NCBI GenBank assembly: GCA_040285855.1
Contig: JAUFOQ010000013.1
Location: 744,001-808,000 of the forward strand
Length of the DNA: 64,000 nucleotides
DNA from: Eukaryota sp. GEM-RC1
Taxonomy: Eukaryota
Reading direction: 5' to 3'
Under the pieces are notes generated by a model, which saw only the letters and a program-made list of their open reading frames with translations, ran no database searches and was not told where the DNA came from. How positions within the stretch are numbered: position 1 is the first letter of the stretch; each line of letters begins with the position of its first letter. Both the position numbers and the translations under genes were made by a program. Of this stretch, positions 34,235 through 45,915 are shown piece after piece.

Positions 34235-35152
34235 GAAGACTGTTTCTTAACTAATTTCTGTACCCTTTCTACTCATTTTCCCTTCATCCATATGATCAAA
34301 TGTACCGATTCAAATGGATATACTTGTATATTAGGACATTCTGACGGTTCTGTCACTGTTCATCATCTTAAAGATGACAAATTCATATCGTCCCCTTCAG
34401 AATCCTTTGCACTAAGGAATGCCATGAATTTAGATGGATCTTCTTCTCCCAGCAGCAACGAGATCAAATCTGTAGCAATATCCTCACCAGACTATGGCCA
34501 GTTTTTTGCCATAGCATCGCAAACCCCTGAACTTCTCATATTCAAACAAACCGAACAAATAGCCAGTCTAGAGATACCTCATCCAGCAACAAAAGTTCAG
34601 TTCTCTCCCGATTCATTCAGATTATACGCAGCAGTCCATAACTACGTTTATGTCTTTGGAATAGATGTTCAATGGACTCTCTTAGATCAGATAGAGTTCG
34701 ATTCCCCAATTGTTGACATCTCCGTGTCTCATCAAGATTATCTGACCGTTGCTACTTCCACAGAGTATGATTCAACCCTCATCCTCCTAGGTAAGTCCCC
34801 TTCTGGAGCCATGTCAATCTACCACTCAGTTGATATCTCTTCCCAGGTATCAAAAGTATCTATATCTCCCTTGGTATTCGATGAGACAGACTCTAAAACC
34901 AGTACTGTATGTGTGGGGCTTCTTGATGGTTCTGTTTACTTCTACCCCTTCAATCTGGTAACTAATCGACTTCAGACTCCTGGTAATCTGCAAGGATCTC
35001 ATGCAGGGGAAATTGTAGATATACAATGGTCGTTCCTGGGTGATTACGTGATGACGTCAGCAAGTGACAAGTCAGTGTTGAAGTTCGGTGTTACTGCTGA
35101 ACATGGTTATGAATTGGGATTTAAAATTGATGTTTCTGATACACTGTCGTAA
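34214..35152 (+). CDS. Sec13/Seh1-family WD40 protein (start uncertain)
   Basis: ~300-aa WD40 ORF. SSPDYGQFFA resembles the family HP.(F/Y)GQ motif, and HAGEIVDIQWSFLGDYVMTSASDKSV resembles the last blade. The ORF-track start lies inside the upstream TIR. Confidence 0.6.
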   Translation: MYWNLDDEDCFLTNFCTLSTHFPFIHMIKCTDSNGYTCILGHSDGSVTVHHLKDDKFISSPSESFALRNAMNLDGSSSPSSNEIKSVAISSPDYGQFFAIASQTPELLIFKQTEQIASLEIPHPATKVQFSPDSFRLYAAVHNYVYVFGIDVQWTLLDQIEFDSPIVDISVSHQDYLTVATSTEYDSTLILLGKSPSGAMSIYHSVDISSQVSKVSISPLVFDETDSKTSTVCVGLLDGSVYFYPFNLVTNRLQTPGNLQGSHAGEIVDIQWSFLGDYVMTSASDKSVLKFGVTAEHGYELGFKIDVSDTLS

Positions 35153-35315
35153 CAATGACTTGTAGTTTATTGATAAAATTAAATTATTAAAGTATTACGA
35201 CACTATACAATTTTGAAACGATTCTTTTAGATTTAGTAAATAAAAGATATACCACAGTGTTTATTTGTTTGAATAGATACCATCGCTCATTTGTCAACAA
35301 TATCAGTCTCAACAA

Positions 35316-36100
35316 TCAAACTTCTAACTGACTACAAGTGGCAAGAACCATTTTCTGCATATACGTGTAGTCAGTAGATTCAAGACACTCTGTTTGAATG
35401 AAGAAGTTCTCTTTTGCTTTAGACAATTCTTCTAATGCATGCTTAGCTCGATCACTGAGTGTGGCGTCGGTAGTTTTTGGCAATATCACGTGCTCTACAT
35501 CACTGAGAAAAACCTTATTAGGAAGATGGCATTCAATTACGAAGTGACTGTCCGGAATTAGAATTGGCATAACAAAGATGTCGTCTGTAACTGAAGAGAT
35601 ATCGAACTTGGATAGATTCAGCATTGTCTCTTCCTTCATGTTGTTAAGAGAATAACACATATCAAGAGCAACAGTTTCAGCAGCTCCTGTAACCCCCCAA
35701 ATTTTGAACTAATTTGAAATAATTGTTCTTCTTTTCAGTTTTCTCCTCAGGAATTCTAATGTAAGGTCTGTAAGGCAGTGGACCATCTTGAGTATAGTAC
35801 TTAGCAGCAAAAATATGAAGAAATGTATCAGTTGTAAGTGAAGACTTGAAGATGACTGCAATAGCTCCATAGTGAGAGTGAGTGCAGGGTCCAAGAGTAA
35901 AGAGTGTGATTTGTACCAAGTTGTTCGTCAGCTCTGGGTCCTAAGCCGACACACAGGGTAGTATCTTTACTTAGCTTGTTCAAATCAAGAGCTGCTTGGA
36001 CAATTTGATAGGTCAATTGACCAAGTTCAGAGTGTTCATTCTTTTGAGAGGTCGATAGATTCCATTAGAACACGCATATTATCATTGATTGATTGAGCAT
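35316..36100 (-). pseudogene. Frameshifted remnant of an uncharacterised domain, possibly ADP-ribosyltransferase fold
   Basis: Joined frames read GLGPRADEQLGTN..FTLGP..HSHYGAIAVIFK...AA...RPY...DSHFVIECHLPNKVFLSDVEHVILP. The fold assignment is an inference from motif order. Confidence 0.4.
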
Positions 36101-36534
36101 GCCATTCATTTACTTTTCAGCAGAGACAGCTAGGAAAACAGCAGCTTGTTCTTTGTGGAAAAACCACGGAGCTTATAATGATTAGCAGCAATCTTTTGAC
36201 ATTGGAAGAGTTAAAAAGGAAGTTGTGGGTTGGGCGTCAACCCTCAGGAACATCTCCTTCAGTAGTCTCGACATGGAGTTCGGGTTGCTCTTTTTGGGCT
36301 TCAGGACATGATTCTTAGTCAGTAGAGAGAGACGTTTGTTGAAAAAATTAAAATCACCTTTTCATTCTACAATGTTGAAACAGTGTGGATCACATTGATA
36401 GTGTAATCGTTCTTCAATGGACATATTAAGAGCTTAACATCATCTTTTATAGTTAGTACTCCTGATCTACTCGACTTGGAGATGACCAATCAGAACTCCT
36501 AACAATCTCAATTATTGCAAGGCAACTGCAGAAC

Positions 36535-36760
36535 TGTTGGTAAATTGTGTTCTGAGTACGGTAAAGTTTTCAATGAAAATTTTTGGTTGAGTATGTTAAC
36601 GTTTGCGTTGTTTCGTTCAATGCACAGATATTTTAATTCAATTTTAGGTAAGTTGTTCGGTGATAGACAGAATGATCATAGTTTAGATACTTTAGTTAGT
36701 GTCTGTTAGTTATTAATTTCTGCAAATGCGTATATTTCACTGATTGATCATAAACCCCGT
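36535..36760 (+). mobile_element. CRE-like non-LTR 3' fragment
   Basis: LCSEYGKVFN..FW...FALFRSMHRY..SILGKLF matches 28835-28960. Its UTR matches 27845-28058 minus the MITE. Confidence 0.75.
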
Positions 36761-37099
36761 CTTTTACTGTAGAACACCATTTTATTTATGGTGATTCTTA
36801 ATCATCTAGCAAAACAGTGATAGTTTTTGTAACTTCAGTTTGTTCAACAGAAATGAGAACGTCTGTGAAGAAAGTAAATATTCAACACAGAAAATCTTAC
36901 TAGTAGCTAATGGTTCTTAACAATCAGGAACAAAACAAATATATATCTTTTACAAGTAGCTTAAGATAAATCAAATAAAAAAATATTTTGTATGCCGAAT
37001 GTGGTATTTGGCAGGTTTCTAGCATAATTAATAATTAACAATACATCTACATCTATACCCATGACCAATACAGGTAACATCGGTCAAGGCATTGTTGAA

Positions 37100-40000
37100 C
37101 GGACATTGAGATCAGCACAATTAGGATAAGAACAGTTCAAATGGAAATGATGTTTATTGTAGTGTCTGCATCACTAGAGTTATGTCCTTTTTCATAGATA
37201 GGACGATGCTAGAAGCTTTCTCGATGGTCAGGAGTTTGGTCCTTGCAGAGACTTCCGTGATGACAAGCTGGTGCATGAGTGAAGTCAACATCGTGACGGA
37301 CATCACGTTGATGTTATCGGTAAGTGGAGAACTGTCGACAAACAGAGGAATGATGACATAACCATGAGTGAGTGTTGATCTCTTTTTTCTTGCACCTATC
37401 AGACAACTCACATTCGTCGAGATGAAAGTACATTTGCTTGTGCTCTTCATCATTAGGCCGAGTACATCTTCCAAAGAGGTCAGGACATGGAATGAAGGAG
37501 GTAGGGGTCATGAGAGGAGAGTAAGACCGATCCATGCCTCGTCTGAATCTGGTAAAACTTTCTACATCACCTAATACACTGAAATAAACTCGTTGGAAGA
37601 ATTTACCATAGACTTGTTCCATGAAACCCAGAATAGCCATGACTGACTCAATGGGGTTTCTAAAAGCACCACAACCCAAAGGGGATATGATTAAATGAGT
37701 AACATTGTGATGAATAGCAGCAAGGAAAATCGAAACCCAACGATTAAAGGTAAACTCGAATTCTTCTTTGTTCAGGAAATCATCAAAACGAATGTCTGAC
37801 ATGGGTTTAATATCAGGACGGTCAATAGCAGCAGAAGAAACAACATCAATAGTGTAAGGTTGAGGAAGAGTCACAAGACCATGTGATTCACAACTTTTGA
37901 ATATTTGAATATTTTCAGAAACAATGACGTCAATGCCACTACTTGACCAAGGATATTTGACAGGAGGAATTCTACTACCTTCAACATTAGAAGAATCAAG
38001 AGCACATGGTAACGTGCTCCTTCTAAACAGACTGCACTCTTGATCACTAGCTCCAGTTCTATAACCTCCTCCAGGAGAAACTTCATTAGCCATGTTAAGA
38101 CAAGCAATCTTTACTCCAGGATCAGTACCATATTCGTTGATTAAATCAATGGCTACTTCAAAGCAATCCTTATTTAAAAAATCAAAACGACCAGGACCAG
38201 GGGCTGGAGCGGGGGGTCTTTTGAAAGCTCTACGAATAGAGGAGTTTGAGTACACGTGATTAGTGATGTGTTTAGTCCTTAAAGCAATCGTTTGGGAACT
38301 GTTATCACATTCCCTAACGTAAGAATATTGACCTCTTGAACAGCAGTACAAGGTATTCAGTTGAGCAATGACCAACAAGAATCTGTAAGGATGATTGGAA
38401 CGTAAGTGACGATTACATTCTTTGAGAGCAGAAAGATACTGAGCAAAAGAATGATCATAAAACTGAATCCACGATTGGCAATTAGCGATAGCTATTTGCT
38501 CGTAGCCACCAGTTCTACTTCTCATTTCAGATGCAAAGACCGTAGGAAAAGGTGAATTAGGCGCAAACATCTTTACTACTACCTTGGTTAAAGTATGGCC
38601 CTTCATAACGATCTCTTTAGGCCAAGTAGGATAATAACTAGTCCAAAGCAACACGTGTCTTTTAGTAGGATCAGTAGTCAAATAAGAGTTCTTTCCAACA
38701 CAAGGATTAGCGACAGATAGAGCTGCTAGATAATCACTTGTGGGTTCTTCGAAAGGATAGTAAACAACCTCAAGGCAAGTAGAGTGGTGAGCGTAGTGTT
38801 GGAAGGTGAGGACAGTGAAATGAAACTTGTCTATTTTACCAGCATAAAGACAATCAGCAGTAGATCTTCCTCTAAAAATAGACTCAGGAGAAAAGAAAGC
38901 AGATGATAAGAACAAAAGTTCAAGATTGTAAAATCTGTTGTTGACGTGATGTTTGACAATATCAACATTAATGGTTTCCTTACCAATGTTGTTTCTAATA
39001 TCTCTAGAAACCCTATCAACTAAATTTGAAGGAACGAACATGACAGTAGCCCGATAACAACCACGGAAGGTTGTAATGGTTCTGAATCTCTTATCAATTG
39101 TGGCTTCAGCTCCATTAACTATTAATTCTTGTAGAAAATCAAGAGCTGCGATACAAGAGACAGTGACACGAACGTGGACAATAGAATTCAATGACTCAAG
39201 AACCTCTACTGCATGGTCAGCACAATCACTTAAGATTTTGGTTAAGAATACTTCAACTTTAGAAGTAAGAGCAGCACCCTTTAAGTCCTCTATTTGCATG
39301 AAGAACTCAAACGCGATGGAATAGAACTCTTCAGATCTTTCAGTTGGCACGTGATCATCAAACACTTTGATTCTCAGAGACTTGAATTGTTCAGACAGGG
39401 AAAGATTTAGAGGGCGAATTGTAGAAACGATTGGAGAGTCTGTCTGGGCAGCTAATCGTTCGTCATCGTTGGTATGGACAAACATTAGAGAGTGTGAGGG
39501 AGAAGTAGCTGGGACACTATTAGTATTTAACAACTTTGATTGGTTATGATGGAGCTGCTGCAGGTTAATCTTCCTCAAATCACGATTTCCACTAGTCAAA
39601 GCCATTTTGTTATTCTGAAGTTGTTCAGACGAGCGGAGATTAAAAGATTCTAAAATTTCAATTATTTGTGCAATTTTAGGTCGTAGAATTGGGTCGGGGT
39701 TTAGACAACTGTTAATTATTCTACACAATACATCAGGAATTGACCTATTAAAGGATAAAGCTTTGCCACTATATTTAGCACCCATTACAGCATATTGGCT
39801 CATTCCTTCAAATGCTTCCTTGTTTTGGAAACAATTCATATAACATGATTCCAATAGAGTAAATGTCACTTTGCGGGGTCATTTGGTTGTCAAACTGCTC
39901 AGGAGCAGCATAGCGTACAGTCATTGCATTGTTTCTTGGAACTGTTGTGGTTGATTCAATGTTTCGAGAAGTTCCGAAATCAGCAATTCTTACTCTATTA

Positions 40001-40591
40001 TCCACCAATAAAACATTTCCAGGTTTGAGATCGCCATGCACAACTGCTTTACTGTGGAGAAAGCTAACACCTTGACAAAGTTGTTTCGCATACTCGACAG
40101 TGAGGAAGGAGAATGAGTTGGGGGAGAGAAGAGAAGAAGAAGCTCTTTCCATGACAATTCCGATCCTATCCTCCCAAAAGCAGAGACCATAGACACGGAG
40201 CACAGCAGGGTGATTTAGTTGAATAAGAAGGTTCATCTCCTTCTGGAGCTTTAGTCTTCCTTTTTCAGTAAGTGATATCATTTTAACAGCAACAGGAAGT
40301 TGGAACCACTCTGCAGCATAGACAACTGCAAAACCTCCTTCATCGATCTTGTTAAAAAGCTTGATTTGATTCGCTGGGATTTCAGGACAGAGATCGCCCT
40401 TACGAGCAGCTTCGATGAGCTCTCTAAGAGCATGATTAGGTTTTTTTAACAAGGGGAGAATCTGTGCGGCATATTGGACATTGTTTCAAGGAGGATGCAC
40501 AATGAGCACAAGCGGTATGTCCGAAGTCACATAAAAGTAACGGTAAGCGCTTAGAAAGATTGAATGGCTTACAGCAGGAGAAGCAATCCAT
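37100..40591 (-). CDS. RING finger - protein kinase - unknown domain - microbial-PARG-type (DUF2263-like) macrodomain - PBZ-like zinc-finger array; indels and a decayed 3' end
   Basis: RING from ATG 40591. Kinase (GGFAVV, VAVK, HGDLKPGN, DFG, APE). LNMAN..SPGGGY..GA..QE.SLFRRS and LGCGAFRNP. Repeats C-x5/6-C-x6/7-H-x5-H from ~37490 continue in frame through TAA (37314) and a TAG. +1 indels at ~40441 and ~39830. Confidence 0.75.
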
Positions 40592-41518
40592 TGGATCTCG
40601 ATAAATCGAACCTCTCATTAAATTCTCTTTCAAATTTTTCAGACGATTTGAGACATTTAGAGGGTCATCATGTGGACATGTATTAGCATTGATTTCTCTG
40701 ATTGATATCAATATAGGACATAATTGAGTGATTGTGATAGTTCACGACCGAATTTTCAACAATTTCAAAATTGATTGAAGAGTAAGTTATCAATTGTTTT
40801 GTACATGTGTGATTGTTCTAATAGATGTACAGTCTCTGTGATCAACAGACACAACTCAATAGTTGAATTGACTTCAATTCAAGGCAAGCTTTCGATGCCA
40901 TCGATACAAGAAATGAAATTTCTCCAGTCAACACTACAAACAGTAGATCAAATTCAAGCAGTTTATCAATATCTTTGCCCAAGTCTTTGTCTAAAAACGA
41001 CAATCAATTTGATTGGCTACTACTTGTCTAAGTCATTGATTCCACACTTAGTATTTTGAGATTGTTCGAATTCTGTTCGTTTCTCGAAGATTGATTTAGT
41101 CTGAAAATAGATTCATTCATCAGCTTCTAGTTCTAGTTTATGATAAAAAAAGAAGTTACACTCACTCTAAAACATCCACATGAATATTAATATGCATAAT
41201 CAATTTTTGTGTCACTCAAAAACCCAAATCAAGGCAGTGAATTTAAGATCTACATCTAGATGGGTTCAGAAAACTTGCTCTTTTTTCGATATATTCAAAT
41301 TCTACGTCTTTCGGAAGAAATCGTTCAATGACTTTTTCAACAGGTTTAAAAATTATGAAATATATTTTACCCATATAAAATTTTAAATATTTCGTGACCA
41401 GTATTAAGGAATACGGTCACAAACAAATGCTACAACAACTAGTCCAACTATTGTGAAACACACATATCCCCAACATCTCGTGTCGAAGGTTCCAAACACT
41501 TAAATTACTCCAAATATT

Positions 41519-42394
41519 TTAAATTGGCAATATCGGAGCACTCCCCTGATCAATATCCAAAACAATAACATTATTAATTGTAGCAGATGTTTTAGTAAAG
41601 AACTTCACAGCTTCTTGAGCTGCAAACCCTCCAATAGTCATTGCACAAGGATAAAGAGTAGGAGAATCGAAATCAGCAACAGCTCTCGAAAAAGACTCTT
41701 CTATACCATTCGACAGCTTCGAGGACAGTCGTGGAAGAACATTCGCAGTCACCTCAGTAACAGAAGGTAGAGGTTTGCCAAGACAATAGTTACTAAGGAG
41801 GAGGAGAGAGCAGCCAATGTAAGGAGAGATCCTGCGGGGGAAAGTTAGAGAGTTCAGCTTACTAAGAACTGTGTTAAGATTAGTGTAGGTTACGGAAGAG
41901 CGTTGATCCTCGTAAACAAAGGAGAAATCCAGAAAGTTGAGAGCTACTATACCTAATCTACAATGTGACCAACACCACAGATGAGCGATTTTCTTGGAGT
42001 TCAATGAATCGAAAAGAGAAGTGTCAACATGCTTATCACAGAATATGACTAAATCTTCTTGATTTGGGTCAAGATCGGATTGGACAGAAACTTTACAATT
42101 TGGGTTTAGTTCTTGCAGAGGTCCAAGAGCTGATGAAGATCTGGGAGAACCAATAGAGTTGGGGGAGAGGAAGTAGGAGGAAGTAAGGTCATCCTCAGTA
42201 ACTATATGATTATCTACAAGAAAAATGGATCCAACACCAGTAAGGATAAGGTTTTTGGCTACTTCTAGTCCTGTGGGTGTTAAGGAAAGGATCCAAACAC
42301 GTCCTTGTTTTAAACGACTTTGGGCTTCTAAACCCCATACTCGAATTTGTCTATCATAAAGCTCTGCTTCAGTTTGTGATACAGATGTTGTCAT
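41519..42394 (-). CDS. SAE1: SUMO-activating enzyme subunit 1 (AOS1/SAE1-like E1 subunit)
   Basis: LYDRQIRVWGLEAQ, EVAKNLILTGVG, LQELNP and GGFAAQEAVK motifs; 291 aa. Confidence 0.8.
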   Translation of the reverse strand: MTTSVSQTEAELYDRQIRVWGLEAQSRLKQGRVWILSLTPTGLEVAKNLILTGVGSIFLVDNHIVTEDDLTSSYFLSPNSIGSPRSSSALGPLQELNPNCKVSVQSDLDPNQEDLVIFCDKHVDTSLFDSLNSKKIAHLWCWSHCRLGIVALNFLDFSFVYEDQRSSVTYTNLNTVLSKLNSLTFPRRISPYIGCSLLLLSNYCLGKPLPSVTEVTANVLPRLSSKLSNGIEESFSRAVADFDSPTLYPCAMTIGGFAAQEAVKFFTKTSATINNVIVLDIDQGSAPILPI

Positions 42395-42469
42395 GAGAAT
42401 AGATTCAATGTTTGATTGAATGAGTTAGTCTTGGGTTCAAAATTTGCAACTTTTTCTTCCTTCACATAA

Positions 42470-43519
42470 ATGCAAAGATTTTTCGAACCCAAACAGTCAA
42501 GATTTTCTGAGCCTAGACAGAAGAAAGCCAACACTGGTCTGTCATTGAACAGCGTCCCTACTTGGAAGGACTACTCACACAACATTCCATGTCCCAAGAA
42601 TCCTCATTTCCCCGTAAACGACGATATCAACTCCAAAGTGTCTCTTTGGAAGGGCGATTCCACTGCTCTCAAAATCGATTCCATTGTCAACGCTGCTAAT
42701 CAATCTCTTCTTGGAGGAGGCGGTATCGATGGCATCATCCACATCAAAGCAGGTCCTAAACTGCGTAGATACTGTCAGACTCTCAATGGCTGTAAAACTG
42801 GTTATACTAAGAAATCTCCTGGCTTTAACCTTCCTTGCCAATACATTCTTCACACCGTTGGTCCCATTGGTGAACGCCCTGCAGAGCTACGGTCCTGTTA
42901 CCAAACCATTCTTGAACATATTGATGGAGATACAATCCGATCCACCGCCTTTTGTGGAATTTCTACTGGTATTTATGGGTATCCCATTAACAATGCTGTT
43001 CACATTGCTCTTAAAACTGTTAGGGAATGGTTGGAGAACCCCGAGAATTTAGAGAAGGTTGATCGTTTGGTCTTTGTAGTGTTTGATCACGCATCTGTTG
43101 AGGCTTATCATCGGTTTTTCCCAATCTACTTCCCTCATTGCATTGACACTAATCCTGTAGAAGACTCTGATAGTCAAAGGGATGAAGAAATTGTTGCTAG
43201 TTGCTCGTCATCTGATGACCTGATCACACAGTCAAGTGAAGAATCAGCAGAGGAAGTAATTGAAGGAGGTGTTGAAGACAGACATGAAGGAGAAGCAGAT
43301 TGTGAGCAACCTGTAGTTGAAGAGAAAATGGAATCAGCTGAAGTTGATCTTGTTGAAGACAAAACTGAACAAGAAGCAGATTGTGAACAACCTGTAGTTG
43401 AAGAGAAAATGGAATCAGCTGAAGTTGATCTTGTTGAAGACAAAACTGAACAAGAAGCAGATTGTGAGCAACCTGTAGTTGAAGATCAAGATGAGCCAAC
43501 AATGATGTCCGATGAATAA
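42470..43519 (+). CDS. MacroD-type macrodomain protein (ADP-ribosylhydrolase family) with acidic repeat tail
   Basis: GD.T...D.IVNAAN.SLLGGGGIDG.IH, HTVGP and ISTGIYGYP motifs. Confidence 0.9.
   Translation: MQRFFEPKQSRFSEPRQKKANTGLSLNSVPTWKDYSHNIPCPKNPHFPVNDDINSKVSLWKGDSTALKIDSIVNAANQSLLGGGGIDGIIHIKAGPKLRRYCQTLNGCKTGYTKKSPGFNLPCQYILHTVGPIGERPAELRSCYQTILEHIDGDTIRSTAFCGISTGIYGYPINNAVHIALKTVREWLENPENLEKVDRLVFVVFDHASVEAYHRFFPIYFPHCIDTNPVEDSDSQRDEEIVASCSSSDDLITQSSEESAEEVIEGGVEDRHEGEADCEQPVVEEKMESAEVDLVEDKTEQEADCEQPVVEEKMESAEVDLVEDKTEQEADCEQPVVEDQDEPTMMSDE
43292..43484 (+). repeat. 81-bp coding tandem repeat (~2.4 units)
   Basis: EADCEQPVVEEKMESAEVDLVEDKTEQ repeated, near-identical at DNA level. 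Confidence 0.9.
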
Positions 43520-44422
43520 TTTAAAGTTTTTAACACATTTGAAGATTTTTTGGAAATTGAATGTAACGAAAAAGTCTTAGTCTAAATACAGATTCAACTT
43601 TATTTCATGAGTTCAATAGTCATCAGTTCTCAGTCCTCGAAAACTGAAGTAAAACTAATCTTATTTATTGGTATCATTCAAAAACACAATTTCCCATCAA
43701 TTCCGATCTTTACACATCCACTATTTTTAAAAATTCCGAACTTTTTTAAAATAGTACACCAAGCCCTCTGATCAGACTAGGCTCCCAATTCACCTCACCC
43801 CGGGGTGATGTCATCCGGATCAAAGAGTTCTGCCTTGGGATGACCCGGGTGATTTCACATAGAACTAAGATGAACTGTAAAATCTAAACTTTTATAATAT
43901 CTTAAGAACTGATTTACTCAACAAATATTGATGATTAAAACATACATATGTTGTTCCATCTACTCCATGTGGTATAGAAACAGTTCCTGTGTTAATGTGG
44001 AGAATTTAACTTCTTATATTTTCTTAATTAGTATGTATTAGTCTTCATGTTGCATATAAATAGGAGAATGTCTAAATCCACAACTTATTACACAACACTC
44101 AAACACGACAATTTTTTGGACCATCGAAATGTCTCATCCGAGTTATGTGTAATAAGTGAAGTTGTGTAATAAGTTGTGGATTTAGACATTCTCATAAATA
44201 GAGAATATCTAAAAATTGAGTTCTCAAGGAGTTGGAAACAAAGAAAGCTTAAGGGGTAAAGTTCTAAAAAGATGACTGATTTTTCATTTAAAACAAACAG
44301 AAAGTCAAGTAGAAGAGGCCTCAAGGAACGTAAGATCTTGTATTACCAACAATTGAATTTTAATTATCTCCAGATAATTATTGTACAGATTTGAAATTTA
44401 GCAAACAAAATTACACATATAT

Positions 44423-45915
44423 TTAACACAATATTCGACCTTTTGAAATATTTGCAAGAAAAAGTCTGGTTTTAGATTCAATGACGTTCTCCAAAAGATT
44501 GATGATAGAAACAGTCGAATTAAATCGTACTGATTCAGCTATAATCAATGCACCTTCGGTATAAATTGAATTATTTCGAAGATGAACTTCAATTAAAGTA
44601 GTGTTTACCTTCAATACTTCTGCTACAACCACCGCTCCTTCCAATCCAACAGAATTCCCACTAAGATCAATCAAAGTAATAAAAGTATTTACCTTTAAAG
44701 CTTCTGCAATAGCTTTGGTTCCTGCAACACCAATGGAGTTACACTGAAGATTAAGTGTAGAAATGGTGGAGTTAAAGACTAAGGCTTGGGCTAAAACTGA
44801 GGCAGCTTCAGGACCAATGGAGTTTTGAGCAAGATTAATATTAGTAATTGAAGAGTTTACTTTCAACATTTCTGCCAATGCAATTAAACCTGTACTTCCA
44901 ATAGAGTTCGACTGTAAGTTAAGTACGGTTATTGAGGAATTCGTTCTCAAGGATGTTGCCAATGAAATTGCTCCTTCACTACCAATTGAGTTGTCCTGTA
45001 AGTATATCTCAGTAACTTTGGAATTTTCTGTCAGAACTTCAGCTAATGCAGTAATACCTTCGTTACCAATAGAATTATTTCCTAAATAAATGGAAGTAAT
45101 TGTGGAATTGACTTTCAACGATTTTGACAACGCTCTCGCACCTTCAGGTCCAATAGAGTTATTTCCTAAATTTAACGTAGTAATTGACTTATTTTCTTTA
45201 AACATTTCAGCCAATGCTATGGCACCTTCAGTACCAATATAATTTCCAAAAGATTGACCGAACAAATGTTCGAATTGACCTTCAACGCTTCAGCAAAATC
45301 AACAATACCTTCAACCCCAATTAAATTCCGTGTAACATTGATTGATGAAATACTAGAATTAACCTTTAACGACTCAGCCAGTATAAAAAACCCCCAAACG
45401 TCATCAAGATGAACATCCAACCTCTTGAGATGAGGGAAATACAATGGAGAAGCTTTGTTAAGGAATATTAGGTCACTATTGTACTTTAAAGTGAACTTTA
45501 AGCCAGTAATGATGTGATTCCAAGTGAAGAAGTGTTGAACATCAAACGAAGTGGAAACGTTTAGGAAAACAGATCTGATCTCAGCTTCGAAAAGAGAAGC
45601 AGCGGATGTCAGTAGCAGTATTTGAGAGGAAGTTATAGGGAAAGTGTTTGCTTGGAAGAACAACTTGACAGTTAGAAAAGTACATTGGAAGAACGCAATG
45701 CTAACAAAGCCAATTTGTTTAAAGGTCTGAGCTAGTTCTAGTAACAGATATTGTAAAGACCGAGGGTGCCAGCAGTCTAGATCAAGAAATGAATTCAAAC
45801 GGTGTCTAAGAAGATGAGTGTTAATTGATGAAAGAAGGGACTGTTGCAAAGTAATAGTCCTTGGAGAGACATGGTGGAATGTTTTAGCCGTCAATGGAGT
45901 AGATGGTGGTAGCAT
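44423..45915 (-). CDS. RI-type LRR protein (about 11 diverged 28-aa repeats); one indel at ~45248
   Basis: ORFs 45217-45915 and 44423-45265 join as NLFGNYIGTEGAIALA. The C-terminal cap (ISKGRILC) resembles that of the BTB-LRR proteins (ISNNRIKC). Confidence 0.8.

Noticed and set aside
37200..37316. TAA/TAG reassignment to glutamine, suggested by in-frame stops in the PBZ array
   Set aside because: Conserved genes here end at TAA or TAG (SAE1, AATF, BTB-LRR), and the same region has lost zinc-binding cysteines, indicating decay.
39808..40452. Euplotes-style +1 frameshifting at stop codons
   Set aside because: Domain consensus (ELFQNKEAFEG; KKPNHAL) places the shifts at upstream homopolymers rather than at the stops, and other breaks are -1.
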